Shown here: positions 34,756 to 46,112 of the stretch, piece by piece
Numbering within the stretch: position 1 is the first letter of the stretch
Layout of the letters: the number at the start of each line of letters is the position of its first letter
Source of the DNA: Trypanosoma brucei
Lineage: Eukaryota
Assembly (NCBI GenBank): GCA_000002445.1
Contig: CP000067.1
Span: 960,001-1,024,000, forward strand
Reading direction: 5' to 3'
DNA length: 64,000 nucleotides
Translations under genes and position numbers: made by a program
Notes under the pieces: generated by a model
Told to the model about the DNA's origin: nothing
Database searches by the model: none
The model's input: the letters and a program-made list of their open reading frames with translations, nothing else

Positions 34756-37700
34756 TTACAACGGCCCTGTGCCAAGACGGGGGAGAATCGCCATCGACAT
34801 CAGCTCTTGAAAGAGCAACTTGCAAGCATATGGCATAAGAACCTGGGAAATATGTGAGTCGTTGTCACAACCTTGACACTTGTACAGATTCTGGTCCGTG
34901 TCCGCTGCGCAAATAGTCCCACACATATTGCATACGTGCACGGAGTAATAATCACTTACGCGGAACAACCGCTCTCGAAGCCACTGCGAAGCGCCGTACG
35001 AAAGCATGCAATCACGTTCCATCTCACCGAATCGAAGCCCGCCCTCGTGTGCTCGTCCTTCGGTCGGCTGCCGCACCAGCGGCTGAAGAGGTCCACGGGG
35101 CCGTGCGTGAATTTTGTCGCTCGATAAGTGCTTCAACCGCTGGTAATATGTGGGACCGAAGAAGATGAGATGATCAAGTGGTAAGCCGGTATGGCCATTG
35201 TATAAACGCTCATTGCCGTATCGGTTGAGTTTAAGCTGCGTCAGCGCCTTTCCGAAATCTTCAACGACAACGGAACAAAAAGGCGTGGCGTACACTTCAC
35301 CGCCTTTATAGCAAGCCACTTTTCCAGCCAGTGTCTCGATCAAGTGCGCTACTGTCATACGAGAAGGGATAGCGTGTGGGTTAATGATCAAGTCCGGTGA
35401 TATACCATCGTGGTTGAAGGGCATATCTTCTTGGCGGAACTGGATACCGTTAGTTCCTTTTTGTCCGTGGCGGCTACAGAATTTGTCTCCAATGTTTGGT
35501 ATTTTGATGGTACGGATCCTCACTTTAGTAAAACGATTCCCCTTGTTTTCCGTTAACATCACTCTATCGACAACACCCTTTTCGGCTGCTCTCGAACTAA
35601 TGCTGCAATCGCGCTTGAGAATTCGAGTGTCGCTTACAGGAGATTCTTCGGACAGGGTTTTGGGCACAGGAATCGTTTTACCCACGATGATATCTCCACC
35701 AATAACGGGCATGCCAGGTTTAATGAGGCCATCAGTGTCGAGTTTAGTGTAATCCGCACGCTTTACATGGCACACCTTTCTGTCTGGGATCTCAAACATC
35801 TCCCGACCCTCCCGTTTCTTCTCCTCTGAAGCCTTGTATGACCGCCAAAATACGCTCCGGAAAAAACCACGTTCCACAGCGGAGCGACTCATAATGATGG
35901 AGTCCTCCTGGTTATAACCTGAGTAACACGCGATAGCGACTATTGCGTTGTGTCCTGCTGGAAGATCGTTGCTTCGCATGTATGACATTGCTTTTGTGCG
36001 CACAAGCGGCTTCTGTGGGTAGAAGAGAACGTGGGCCGTTGTATCCATGCGCATGTTAAAGTTGGATGCATATATTCCCATAGCCTGTTTACCCATAGCA
36101 GACTGGTACGTGTTTCGTGGAGACTGGTTGTGGTTCGGGTAAGGAATAATGGAGGCACAGATACCGAGGATCATTGACGGGTCCATTTCACAGTGCGAGT
36201 AGAAATAGTTCTTTCCCACCTCGCTCGGGACCATGGCGATGAGGAGGGAGTCCTCCTCTTCACAGTCAATGAGCTCGACGTAACCTTTCTTCATTACCTT
36301 ATTCCACGAAATTTCGCGCCTACCACCCAATGTTGTGGAGGGCTCAAGAAGCTCGCCAATTCCCGCCTTCTGTAACTTGATCCGTGATTTCTCAACCACG
36401 AACAATGGCCGCAAACACCTTCCACCATCTGAGAAGACGCGGATCTCGCGGTCCCGAATATCACGTACAATACTTACTTCATTACTAAGCTCCCCGCCGC
36501 GGCGCCGTGCACGCAAGTCTCGGAGCAGGCGCTCGGGATCCCCGTGCACGCCGATGAGTGTCCCATTCACAAACACGCGCGCCACACGGACGTCTGCCAG
36601 GTCCGAGAGGGCGATCGAATGGAACCCTGTGATGCGCGACTGGACGGCCTGAACTACACCGGTGTGATCACTTCCCCGAGACACGAGGCACATGAGCGCC
36701 AGGTTTTTCAGCAGACCAATGGAACCACCCTCCGGTGTTTCCACCGGGCATATGTAGCCCCACTGTGTGCAGTGAAGATTTCGGGGCCGTGTGGCTTTAC
36801 TGGACGCAGAGATGGGATTTTGAATACGACGGAGGTTACTAAGAGATGACGAGTAAGTCAATCGGTTAAGCGTCTGCGACACACCAGTTTTAATGTTACC
36901 GGACTTCAAGTCACCGAAGTTACCGGTAGCCAAGCAGCGCCTCATACCGTCTGTGATGAGTCGATTATGCAAAATACGGCCGAAGCTCACAACACCACCG
37001 CGGTTGGTGGAGTAGTCATGCACCGTTTGTGCCATCTCCCTCCTCACCTGAACGAGGAATTGATTTAGCTGAAAGGTTAGAAGAGACCCCGCAACATCGA
37101 TACGCTTGTGACCCAAAAAGTCACGGTCGGTATCCTCACGACGACCGAGCGCCAACAGCAGCAGCCGGTGCACCATGTAGCCGATGAAGAGGCACTTGCC
37201 TCTATCAGCAGCGCAGTCCACCCCCATATGGGGAAGTAAATCCCGCATGAGAAGGTCCTGGGCTTCACGTTGCAGGTTTTCACGGCTGTCCTGCTTCCCG
37301 AGGCGCTTGCCAATGAACCACAAGGCCTCATCACGTGTAAATATTTCCAACGTACTTGCATCTTCCATGGAGCCGCGAAGCATTTCGAGCATGGCGACAT
37401 CTTTTAAATCCGGGACAACTGTCTGCAGGATCTCCTTATCAGATCCCATGTCTAGCGCTCGGAACAAAACAAAAAGCGGAATCAGTTCATCCATTTGTGC
37501 TACGCGACATAATAGATTCTCGTACCCATGACCGGGACCACTCTTTTTGTACGGCATTAATATTTGAAGGGTTCTTGGCTTGTTAAGAGAACCTTCAACA
37601 ATGGATTTGATTTCACATAATAGACCCTTGGGGCGCGTAAACGCGTACACATGGTTGGCTGCTTGACGTTCCTGCGCGATGAGCACCTTTTCCGTTCCAT

Positions 37701-38328
37701 TAACAATAAAGTAACCACCCTGGTCATGTGGACACTCGTTGAGCCTTGGTAATTCTTCCTCATCCTTGTTCAGAAGATTGCACCGCATGGACTTCAGCAT
37801 AATCGGAATGCGACCGAGTTCCATATTCTGAAGAAATGTGCGATACGGCTGCTCCTCACGCGATCGGTACACGCGAATGGCGAGTGTTACTTGCGCAACA
37901 GCGTCATACGTCAAGTCCCGCAGTCGACACTCATTAGGGAAAAGGGGATGCATTTCCGTGCGGCTGAAGCCCGACATTTCGTGGGAGGGGTTTCCCACTA
38001 CGACGTCCTCCAGGCTCAGGCGGTATTGATCTGGCTCACTCTCCACGTGAACGCCCGGGTCGAACTGATCATCCTGCCTGGGTACAATTTCAAGAAGGCT
38101 CCGCGCCATGCGGGGAATACGAAGAAGGAAGTCATTATATGAATCTACCTGCTGGTGCACGAGACCCTTCTCCCTGAAAAACGATGAGATAATCTCCCAT
38201 ATGTCTTCACTGTCAATATCGGCTGTGTTCACGTTCTCCATGCCCGCCACACGATGTATGTCATCAACATCATCATCTGTGATTTCCTCCACCTCGTTGA
38301 GCTGTAGAAGTAGTTCGTCGTCCATCAT
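34756..38328 (-). CDS. RPB2: DNA-directed RNA polymerase II second-largest subunit
   Basis: The N-terminus ([29 protein letters not shown]) matches the Rpb2-specific start (yeast ...[26 protein letters not shown]). Conserved [13 protein letters not shown] and [10 protein letters not shown] motifs and a C-terminal Zn-ribbon (CNMCG...CQGCDN) are present. 1190 aa. Confidence 0.92.
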   Translation of the reverse strand: [1190 protein letters not shown]

Positions 38329-39702
38329 GTACCCCTTTATTTTCCTATTTCTCTGTTCCCTTCCTTTACAGTCCTGTGCTTAAGGCTTTGGAAGATCTAT
38401 TTCCTTCACTTTTTTTTTTGGTTCTTCAACCACCCTACACCCTCAAGGAACGTACAGAAGTCGCAAACGTGCAAAAGATCAAGGGGCATCTTCAATTAAA
38501 AGCAACCTCCAGTTGACATGCGCACTGGTAGGGAATCGTTTGCGCATTTTCACAGCAGGTGGCAAACAACAACCACCAAATGGACTCCAAGAATAGAGAA
38601 TGATGCAAAACATGGTGGATACAGATAATGAAGAGATGCTGAATCCACCACCCGAACACGCGACACCGCACGTCACACTTAAGCAGAGTTTCAGGTATGT
38701 TGCAGGAGACACTTTTCCCCCTCTCAACATCATCGACAAAAGGCATTCATCATTCCTTTCATCCCGGCCTCTTCCACAACACCCTTCATGGGCCTCTCAT
38801 CTTTTTTCCCATTTATTCCTACCAACTCACCCTCAAGCGACTTGGTGTTCTGCGTTTCCCCCCCCCCCCACCGTAAGATAATGTGTGAATCCCAAGTGGT
38901 GGTATTACCTCTTTCATAACCTTGCCAGTGTTGCGCATCCACTGCTGGGAAAGAACGAAGAAAGAACACTGTGGGTTGCATCGCTATTCCCCCATATGTA
39001 CTTCGCGGGAGTGACGCCATCGAGTAGAGGTTTCAAGAAAGAAAAGATAAATTGTTCGAGCCACATCCGCGTCAAAAGCGTGACAGAAGGCTCCTTGACA
39101 CGGAACAGAAAAGTTTCCCTCTCTTTCTCTCTCTCTCTCTCTTCACCTCCCTTTCCTGTTCTCACCTCCGCAGCCCGTTCCCGCAATGTGAGTCGAAACA
39201 TGGCCCGCAGGAAAATGGGCTGAGGTCCATTTTGGCAACCATCTGTGGTCAGTAACAACAACAATAACGAAAAAGAAAAAAAAAAGCAGATCAGAGTACA
39301 CAATGCCCTACAGTCGTCTCATGAGGACGGCATACCCTGTTCAGGATGAGTGCCACGCCAGCGGCTGTTGAAGTACTCAAATAACAAACATCACATAACT
39401 TCCATCTCCCCCAAAGGTAACAACCCACAACCTACAACTGTCGCTCATATAACACACCGTTTCGTCAAGAAACTTTTGGTTTTTTTTCCGCTTTGTTGAC
39501 TTAGCAGAAGTCCCTTGACACCGACTCAGGGAGCTGATAAATGCGTTTGCATGTAGGCATGCGCCCACGTTCAGAATATACAAGGACCGATTTTACTCCC
39601 TTATGTTAACGCCATCAGGAAGTATTCAGAAAGAAACAACCCATCAGGGGTCTGTCTTTCTTCATCCTTTTTTTTATTATTTTACACTCCACGCCACACC
39701 AC

Positions 39703-40983
39703 TCAATACCCTTCATCATCGGGCGCATCTCCATTTAGTTGCATTAGCTCCGCTCCCCAACTTCTCCCCACGATAAAAACGAACACCAGGGCAACCAGCG
39801 CGGCGCCCCCAAGCAATACTTGCAGTAAGACGGCGGCGCCCACAAAGGAGCTGACGGCGTAGTTGGAGAAGTAATAAGCCAGTCCAGACAGCTCCACACT
39901 CGTATGGAGGTGCAAGCGCCTCAGACGCACTTTGGGTTGAAGGCCCTCTTCACTTTGGTATAAAGTAAAATTTATTGCGCGAAGGTGTGGCTGCAGGTAC
40001 AACGGTGGTTCAAAATCACTGTATACCGGGGTCACAACGGCAACTTCAGTCTCCGGATCAAACATAGGAAAGACATCAGGATTCAGCAGAGGTGCTAACT
40101 TTTGGTAACACCAGATAGGAACACAAAGAAACTTAGAAACTGACCACATGAATAGCTCCACTGGCCAACTGCGGGGCTTTTCACCTGTTATCAACGTGAA
40201 TGACGAGTCCATCTTGAAGAGAACATCCAAAGCGCCAAGGGACTGTGATATATAAGGGTCCTTTGCCATCAGCATTGATGATTCAAGAAACATAGACACC
40301 TCCCGTCCAATATCCTCCTTTGCGAATACCAGCTGCATTTTTGCCGCGTACACGCCACGGGCATTAAACATGGGTTTGCGCTGTTTAAAGAGCCCCTCTA
40401 CAGAAACACCACCATGTGGAAGGAACACTTGCCTATATACACGGGACGGAATAACTAGCGTACTGGTTGCGACTGTATTACGAACTAGTTTTGTTATCAA
40501 TGACATTTTCAACCCAGCGGCTTCGTTTTGAAGCACCGACACGAGATTTGCATTTACCCCTCCACCCAAACCGACCAATGACGCGGTGCTATTTTCGTCA
40601 CCTCTATGTAGCAAAGGCGATTCCCTTGTGGGCTCGAGCTGGGAAACCATATTGTTGAGTTTGTGGAGTCTCCATTGCTCCGTTTCAAGGGGCATTGTGT
40701 TGAAGCTCAGTGTAAAGAGCTCAGTGCCAGGTGCTAGCAACAGAACATACCACCGGATGAACAGCGAGCCGAGAACTGACGCCACCAGGCACACTAACAA
40801 TACAATGAGCAGAATGAGGAGCGCAGCTCCCACCGCTGTTAGTATCATAAAGGCTCTCTTAAGTGTGCGAAGCGAAATATCAAAACCTGTCTGAAGTGCA
40901 CCATCCAACTTTTCCGTATACGGCTGTAGTCGCTCTGTAAGTTGTGCTCTGCATCTTAAGGCCCGTTGACGTAAATCATTCAT
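39703..40983 (-). CDS. Membrane protein with two predicted TM segments flanking a ~290-aa domain (seipin-like topology; identity uncertain)
   Basis: ORF 39703..41100. The start is more plausibly ATG 40983 (MNDLRQRALRC...), because the upstream extension is encoded by a (TA)n-containing stretch. TM1 is around FMILTAVGAALLILLIVLLVCLVASVLGSLF and TM2 around AVSSFVGAAVLLQVLLGGAALVALVFVFIVG. Confidence 0.55.
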   Translation of the reverse strand: MNDLRQRALRCRAQLTERLQPYTEKLDGALQTGFDISLRTLKRAFMILTAVGAALLILLIVLLVCLVASVLGSLFIRWYVLLLAPGTELFTLSFNTMPLETEQWRLHKLNNMVSQLEPTRESPLLHRGDENSTASLVGLGGGVNANLVSVLQNEAAGLKMSLITKLVRNTVATSTLVIPSRVYRQVFLPHGGVSVEGLFKQRKPMFNARGVYAAKMQLVFAKEDIGREVSMFLESSMLMAKDPYISQSLGALDVLFKMDSSFTLITGEKPRSWPVELFMWSVSKFLCVPIWCYQKLAPLLNPDVFPMFDPETEVAVVTPVYSDFEPPLYLQPHLRAINFTLYQSEEGLQPKVRLRRLHLHTSVELSGLAYYFSNYAVSSFVGAAVLLQVLLGGAALVALVFVFIVGRSWGAELMQLNGDAPDDEGY

Positions 40984-41141
40984 TAGAGGGGAGGGGGGTC
41001 CTTGGCTCACCAAAAGATAAGGTGAAAAAGTGAGAACGGGGCATTTGATCATATATATATATATGTATATATGCACGCACGCTGCAATTGTGCGAAGCAC
41101 GCATGACAGCTAAAGCATTTAAATGGGTGACACGGATGATT

Positions 41142-41618
41142 TTACGCCGGTTGCGAATAGAGCAGACATATCCTTGCCGTGTCATCCTTCTGCACATGCG
41201 GGTGCGCCACGCACATATGACAATAAACCCGTAGCGTGTCTGGAGAGACACTCGTGAGGCAGTTCTTCCAGTGGGTGATGGAAATCTCTTTGGCGGCAAT
41301 ACACGAGAGCATCCCATGAAGGAAACGCCTGAGCGCAGCGGTGTTTGCACATTCCTCCCCGTTATTTCTTCCGCGAAGATATGTCAGGCCCTCCCGGTAA
41401 ATTTCGTGCTCCTCCTCCAGAAGGGCATTTGCAAGGTCGAAGTCGCTGCGTATGGCTGCTGCTTTGTTATTACCTACTGCTAATGCCCCGTCGCGCTGCA
41501 GGGTTTGAGTGAGTTTCGCTAGTCTGGTCAGAAGTGGACGCCAACGTGAAGGAATTACATCGAAATACTGATGTTGGACGCGTTGTTCTAAATAAGCGCG
41601 GACTGTACGCGGTTCCAT
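41142..41618 (-). CDS. Hypothetical protein, 158 aa
   Basis: Same-strand ORF with non-repetitive composition, lying 159 bp upstream of the previous gene. No motif recognised. Confidence 0.4.
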   Translation of the reverse strand: MEPRTVRAYLEQRVQHQYFDVIPSRWRPLLTRLAKLTQTLQRDGALAVGNNKAAAIRSDFDLANALLEEEHEIYREGLTYLRGRNNGEECANTAALRRFLHGMLSCIAAKEISITHWKNCLTSVSPDTLRVYCHMCVAHPHVQKDDTARICLLYSQPA

Positions 41619-42059
41619 GAAGAGCTTGGCATCTTATCGATGCAAATAGTTGCAACAGAAGGTTGTTACAGGTAGGTATTGCAAAAAGTAGAAAAAACCC
41701 CGAAGTAAAAACAAGAAAAAATTGGGGGACCAATTGCAAGGCAGGAACATGTGAAAGGAGTGAAGCAGCGATAATGTTAAATCAAGAAAGCGAATGGGAT
41801 GTTGTAAGTGCCAACGCTGGTTTATGTTACTTCGCTTCGTCCTTGCGCGGTACAATTAACAGGTTGATTATTCTTAAATATTTTATAAGTGACCACGACG
41901 CGTGTGTTTGTGTTTGCAATGCGTGACAGAGTGGGTTATCACGAAGTCGTTCAAATACCAGGCAACGCACACTATGCCCCCTGACTCAAGACATATCGCT
42001 GGGCTTCCACGAACAGGCAAGTAAAAAAGGTTGTATGTGTCCGCATCTCCGTGTTGCGT

Positions 42060-43799
42060 TCATCCACTTTTCCCTTTACTCTTTGGAGACTTCTTCGTGG
42101 CCGGCGGGACACTGATACGATTGTTCTTGGTCTTTAGTTCCCCCTTTGCCTTGCTGTCATCCTCTCTTTGCCGTTTGTTAGTTCCCTTCATTGTTTTCAC
42201 ATTCTCACTTTTCGCGACGTTAGATTCCTCCTTCTTCAGCCCATTCGTGCTCGGACCGCCTGCGTTATTTGAAAGTTTCTTCAACTTGCACACAAAGAAA
42301 CCGTCCATATTGTGCACGTGAGGGAAGAGCCGCCGGGCGTTTTGCAGCTTGTCATGGAACCTGTGGTGGCGGTACTTCGTCAATCCCGGCCTTCCAAATG
42401 GCAGCCCCGTCTCCACAATGGCCACGTCACGCCGGTGGAGCACGAAGTCCACAACCGCTTCATTTTCCTCGACAAGGAAGGAGCAAGTCGAATACACAAT
42501 GTACCCACCAACCCGCACCGCGTCTATCGCTGAGAGGAGAAGTGACCGCTGCAACTGAGAGGCTCTCTGCACATCTTCGTATTGCTTGCTTGTTTTGATG
42601 CTTTTGTCCCGGGAAATAATTCCACTGCCTGTACACGGGGCATCCAATAAAATACGATCGAAGTTTTTCATGACCTTCTCAAACCCAACTCCGTCGTAGT
42701 TAGTCACCACGGTGTTTGTTACACCGAGCCGCTGAAGGTTTGCATTCAAGGATTTTGTACGGGGCTCACTGACATCGTTGGCAAAAATGACGCCGGTATT
42801 TTTCATCAACTGCGCAATATACGTCGTTTTTCCGCCAGGAGCCGCGGCCATATCAAGTACGCGCTCGTTAATTTGCGGTGCCAGCGCCATTACAGGTAGG
42901 AACGATACTGCAGACTGAAGCATGTAATGCCCGGCAAGGTATTCGACTGTGCCGGAGATGGGAACATTAGACTCAAACACCTGGAGCCCTACTTTGGACC
43001 ACTTTTCCAATGGCTCTACGTTCATTCCACGCTTCACAAGGGCCTGCACCAAGTCACGACGTTTGGCCTTGATTGTGTTGACCCGAATAGTTGTTGGTCG
43101 CGGCTTTTCCATTGCTTCAAAGAACTCAACAGCCTCTGTGGGCGAAAACAGGAGAAGAATTGAATCTGTAAGAAACTCATTATACCCGTAGAGTTCCATG
43201 ATGTCTGCACGAAGCAGCTGCATATAATCTTCCCGCGTTCGCCCCTCTTCTCGCTCTTCCTTAAAATGGGAAAGGACATGGACAGTTTCACCGATGCGAT
43301 CTCTTAGCTCCTCTACAGTGTGCTGCTGTCCCAGCAGTTGCACCTGCTCTCCATCCTCTTCTTGCTCCTCTGCATCACCGAAGAGTGTTGGTTTGGCTGT
43401 TCGGGACCTGATGTCTCCCTCCTGTTCCGCTGCAGCCTCTGAATGTAACTTGTCCATCTGCTGGCGGAATTTTATAGCTTTCGCCTCAAAGTCATCATCA
43501 TCTTCCACTTCTTCACCATCGGAAAAGTAATCACTTTCTTCTTCCTCGTAGGATCCGAATTCTTCATCGTTGTATTCGACTTCTTCATTTTCCTCGTATG
43601 GCGCATAGTTGCCACTGATACCGCCATTTCCAGACATCACGTCGGAGTTATCAGAGCCTAACTCTTCTAAGTGGTGTTGTTTCCGCTGTGCTTGTGACTT
43701 TTTCGGGCGGTTTTGGGTCGCGTTTCCGCTCCCTCGCTTTATTTTTGCCACAGGTACCTCCTTTTTGGAGTTCTTCACCTTTCGATCCGGCTTGGACAT
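42060..43799 (-). CDS. NOP2: Nucleolar NOL1/NOP2/Sun-family rRNA (cytosine-C5) methyltransferase
   Basis: SAM-binding motif DMAAAPGGKTTYIAQLM, catalytic motifs LLDAPCTGSG and TCS..VEENE, a lysine-rich N-terminus and an acidic stretch. 579 aa. Confidence 0.88.
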   Translation of the reverse strand: MSKPDRKVKNSKKEVPVAKIKRGSGNATQNRPKKSQAQRKQHHLEELGSDNSDVMSGNGGISGNYAPYEENEEVEYNDEEFGSYEEEESDYFSDGEEVEDDDDFEAKAIKFRQQMDKLHSEAAAEQEGDIRSRTAKPTLFGDAEEQEEDGEQVQLLGQQHTVEELRDRIGETVHVLSHFKEEREEGRTREDYMQLLRADIMELYGYNEFLTDSILLLFSPTEAVEFFEAMEKPRPTTIRVNTIKAKRRDLVQALVKRGMNVEPLEKWSKVGLQVFESNVPISGTVEYLAGHYMLQSAVSFLPVMALAPQINERVLDMAAAPGGKTTYIAQLMKNTGVIFANDVSEPRTKSLNANLQRLGVTNTVVTNYDGVGFEKVMKNFDRILLDAPCTGSGIISRDKSIKTSKQYEDVQRASQLQRSLLLSAIDAVRVGGYIVYSTCSFLVEENEAVVDFVLHRRDVAIVETGLPFGRPGLTKYRHHRFHDKLQNARRLFPHVHNMDGFFVCKLKKLSNNAGGPSTNGLKKEESNVAKSENVKTMKGTNKRQREDDSKAKGELKTKNNRISVPPATKKSPKSKGKSG

Positions 43800-44732
43800 A
43801 ACAGCTTACTTCGCTTGTAAATACGGAGAGTAAGAGCGCATTACGGGGAAAGGAATCAAAGAAGGAGAATGTAAAGTGGGGAAACTCGTGGAGAGTGGGG
43901 ATTGGGGGAAGTGTTTCCACACGGGAAAGATTTGTGGGAACCTGAAGAGCAGCCTGCATTCTTTCCCATTTTCATCTAACCCATTCTACATGCCTCCCGA
44001 AATCGCAACAGGTGGTAAAGGTTTCTTCCACTCCTGTAAGTACAAGAGAGCCACCTGTCACCTCTTTTCTCTTTACTGATCGTTCCCACAACATATGACG
44101 CCCGCTGCAAAGGTTTAATGTATTATACGGCACCCACAGGACATTTTTACCCCATAAGCGTACCGGCCTTTCACCGCCGCAACAAACATTTATGAAGATC
44201 GTGCGGCCTGCACGCGGTGGACCATGAGAAATATCGTACACTCGTAAGCTCGATAGACTAACAGCGCACGACATCAGCCAAATCGATAGCAAGAAAAGTT
44301 GTGTGCGAGGCCCGGACATTTCCCACCAGTAACCAATCAAATGTGTCCGACTCACTAAGCACCACCACTTCGTTCTCCTATTGCACTGTGGAAAGAGTGA
44401 AGCCAGCCATTTTTGTCCGTTACTCGCTCTCCAGCGCGTTGTCTGCTTCCGGTACTGCACGGTAGTTCTAAACTACCTTAACGGTTTCGCAGTGAGCGAG
44501 GAAACACAAAGGAGAAGGTAGAAAAACTTCCATTGAGGGTATGTGAACCATCGAACGGAGAAGCCTTAACAGCAAAGCTTTACGGAATCACTATGTACCC
44601 TCTTCACGTTAAAGGTGTTTAATGTGCGCGAATCCCTAATCGATTAGCAACTCGAAGGAAATGCAAACTCTTTATTGATTAAATGGGATATCATGGAAAT
44701 AAAAAAAACATTTACTTTCTCATACGCTGCGA

Positions 44733-46112
44733 TTAATTAAGAAGAGAGTCCCCTTTGAAACACTGAAATGATTTTGTGCTGTTATCTTTACCGCATGACA
44801 CAATCTCCCCATTACCTGAGTAGGTCACATCGAGTACGCCATCCGTATGTGACGTATCAAGAGTCAACAATGCGTTCGTGCCACAGCGGAGGTCCCACAG
44901 TCGGACAGTGCTGTCTTCGCTGGCGGTGGCGAAAAAATTCCCTCCGTTAACTTCGCCTTCGTCAGGGCGCCACAGCCACGAGGCCGCGTATAACCACTGC
45001 TTGTGCCCGCTAAACACTTTCACGCTGCCCGTGCTTTCACCAACGCGGGTGTCGTACAATCGCGCTCGGTTGTCTGTACATGCAGCGATGATCAAATCAC
45101 CACCACCACCACCTCCTACAGTCCTTACGGCGAGCCCCTGCACCGGGTGGTCCCCTATGTACTGTTTCTGAAGCACCGCAGTCTCCACGTCCATGCACTT
45201 AAGTGTACCGTCAAGACCGGAGGAGTACAGGAGGGCAGCACCCTTAGCCGCAGAGAAGCGGCACGAAAGGGCCGGCCGCGTGTGATCTGTGAATGAGACA
45301 AGTGGCTCCTTCGCCGAGGGTTCTGTGGCTCCGTCCACCACTTGTGACCATTCGAACACCTTTACCGTACAATCCCATGAGGCGGTAGCCACATACTTTC
45401 CCGCCCCCGGGGAAATGTCAATGGACTCTATTGCATCCGTGTGGGCCTTCACAGAGCTGAGAAGTTGAAATTTCGATGCTGTAGCGTTGAACACCCACGC
45501 CGCCGCTCGTCCATCTTTGCTGCAACTCACGCAATAGAAGTCTTCTAAAAGACTGGAGCGTGCTCGTTTCTTCACCGAATCACGAGTTGTGTTTGTTGCT
45601 GTACTCCTTGGTTTCATTGGGTGGACAACGACCTCTTTCACGCACTCGTCATGATGCGCTCCAATCGCCACACAGTCGTCGGCATCCCAAAGCCGGATGC
45701 ACCGATCATACGACCCAGTTAACAATAGTTCGGAATGCCCCACGAATGGCACACGTACGCTGCTAACCCAGTCATCGTGTGGCAGATGCGAGCTTTCCTT
45801 TGCCTGCAACGCGGGCGTGTATTCGACGTTAACGAGTTCCTCCGTACTGACACCTCGCCGGCTCAGAAACTTCTGCAGCGTAGTTGTGATATATTCACCA
45901 TTATACAAGAAGTCAAACACTTGATCATTAACCGAAAGAACGCTCTGAACAAGCACGTTCAGCCCTTCTGGAAGCACATTCAATGGCACAGCATAGGACT
46001 CTTCCGGCATTGCTTTCGCATAGCTGTCAGTAAAAAAAGTTACCATCACATGGCCAACACCCGTCGCCGCGGAGGAAATAGCTTCTTCTTGCATCAGAAC
46101 AAGCAAATTCAC
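44733..46112 (-). CDS. WDR12: WD40-repeat ribosome-biogenesis protein (WDR12/Ytm1-like, with N-terminal Nle-type ubiquitin-like domain)
   Basis: The N-terminus (VTFFTD...VPLNVLPEGLNVLVQSVL...VFDFLYNGEYITTTLQKFLSRRGVSTEELVNVEYTPA) matches the Ytm1/WDR12 NLE domain pattern. It is followed by several WD repeats (GHSELLLTGSYDRCIRLWD, ASWDCTVKVF, ASEDSTVRLWDLR). Confidence 0.75.
   Translation of the reverse strand: MNLLVLMQEEAISSAATGVGHVMVTFFTDSYAKAMPEESYAVPLNVLPEGLNVLVQSVLSVNDQVFDFLYNGEYITTTLQKFLSRRGVSTEELVNVEYTPALQAKESSHLPHDDWVSSVRVPFVGHSELLLTGSYDRCIRLWDADDCVAIGAHHDECVKEVVVHPMKPRSTATNTTRDSVKKRARSSLLEDFYCVSCSKDGRAAAWVFNATASKFQLLSSVKAHTDAIESIDISPGAGKYVATASWDCTVKVFEWSQVVDGATEPSAKEPLVSFTDHTRPALSCRFSAAKGAALLYSSGLDGTLKCMDVETAVLQKQYIGDHPVQGLAVRTVGGGGGGDLIIAACTDNRARLYDTRVGESTGSVKVFSGHKQWLYAASWLWRPDEGEVNGGNFFATASEDSTVRLWDLRCGTNALLTLDTSHTDGVLDVTYSGNGEIVSCGKDNSTKSFQCFKGDSLLN

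Noticed and set aside
41101-41141. Apparent 42-bp gap between the 465-aa ORF and the upstream 158-aa ORF, as a possible gene fusion or overlap
   Set aside because: Using the more plausible internal start at 40983 widens the gap to 159 bp, which is short but acceptable. No evidence of frame continuity between the two ORFs.
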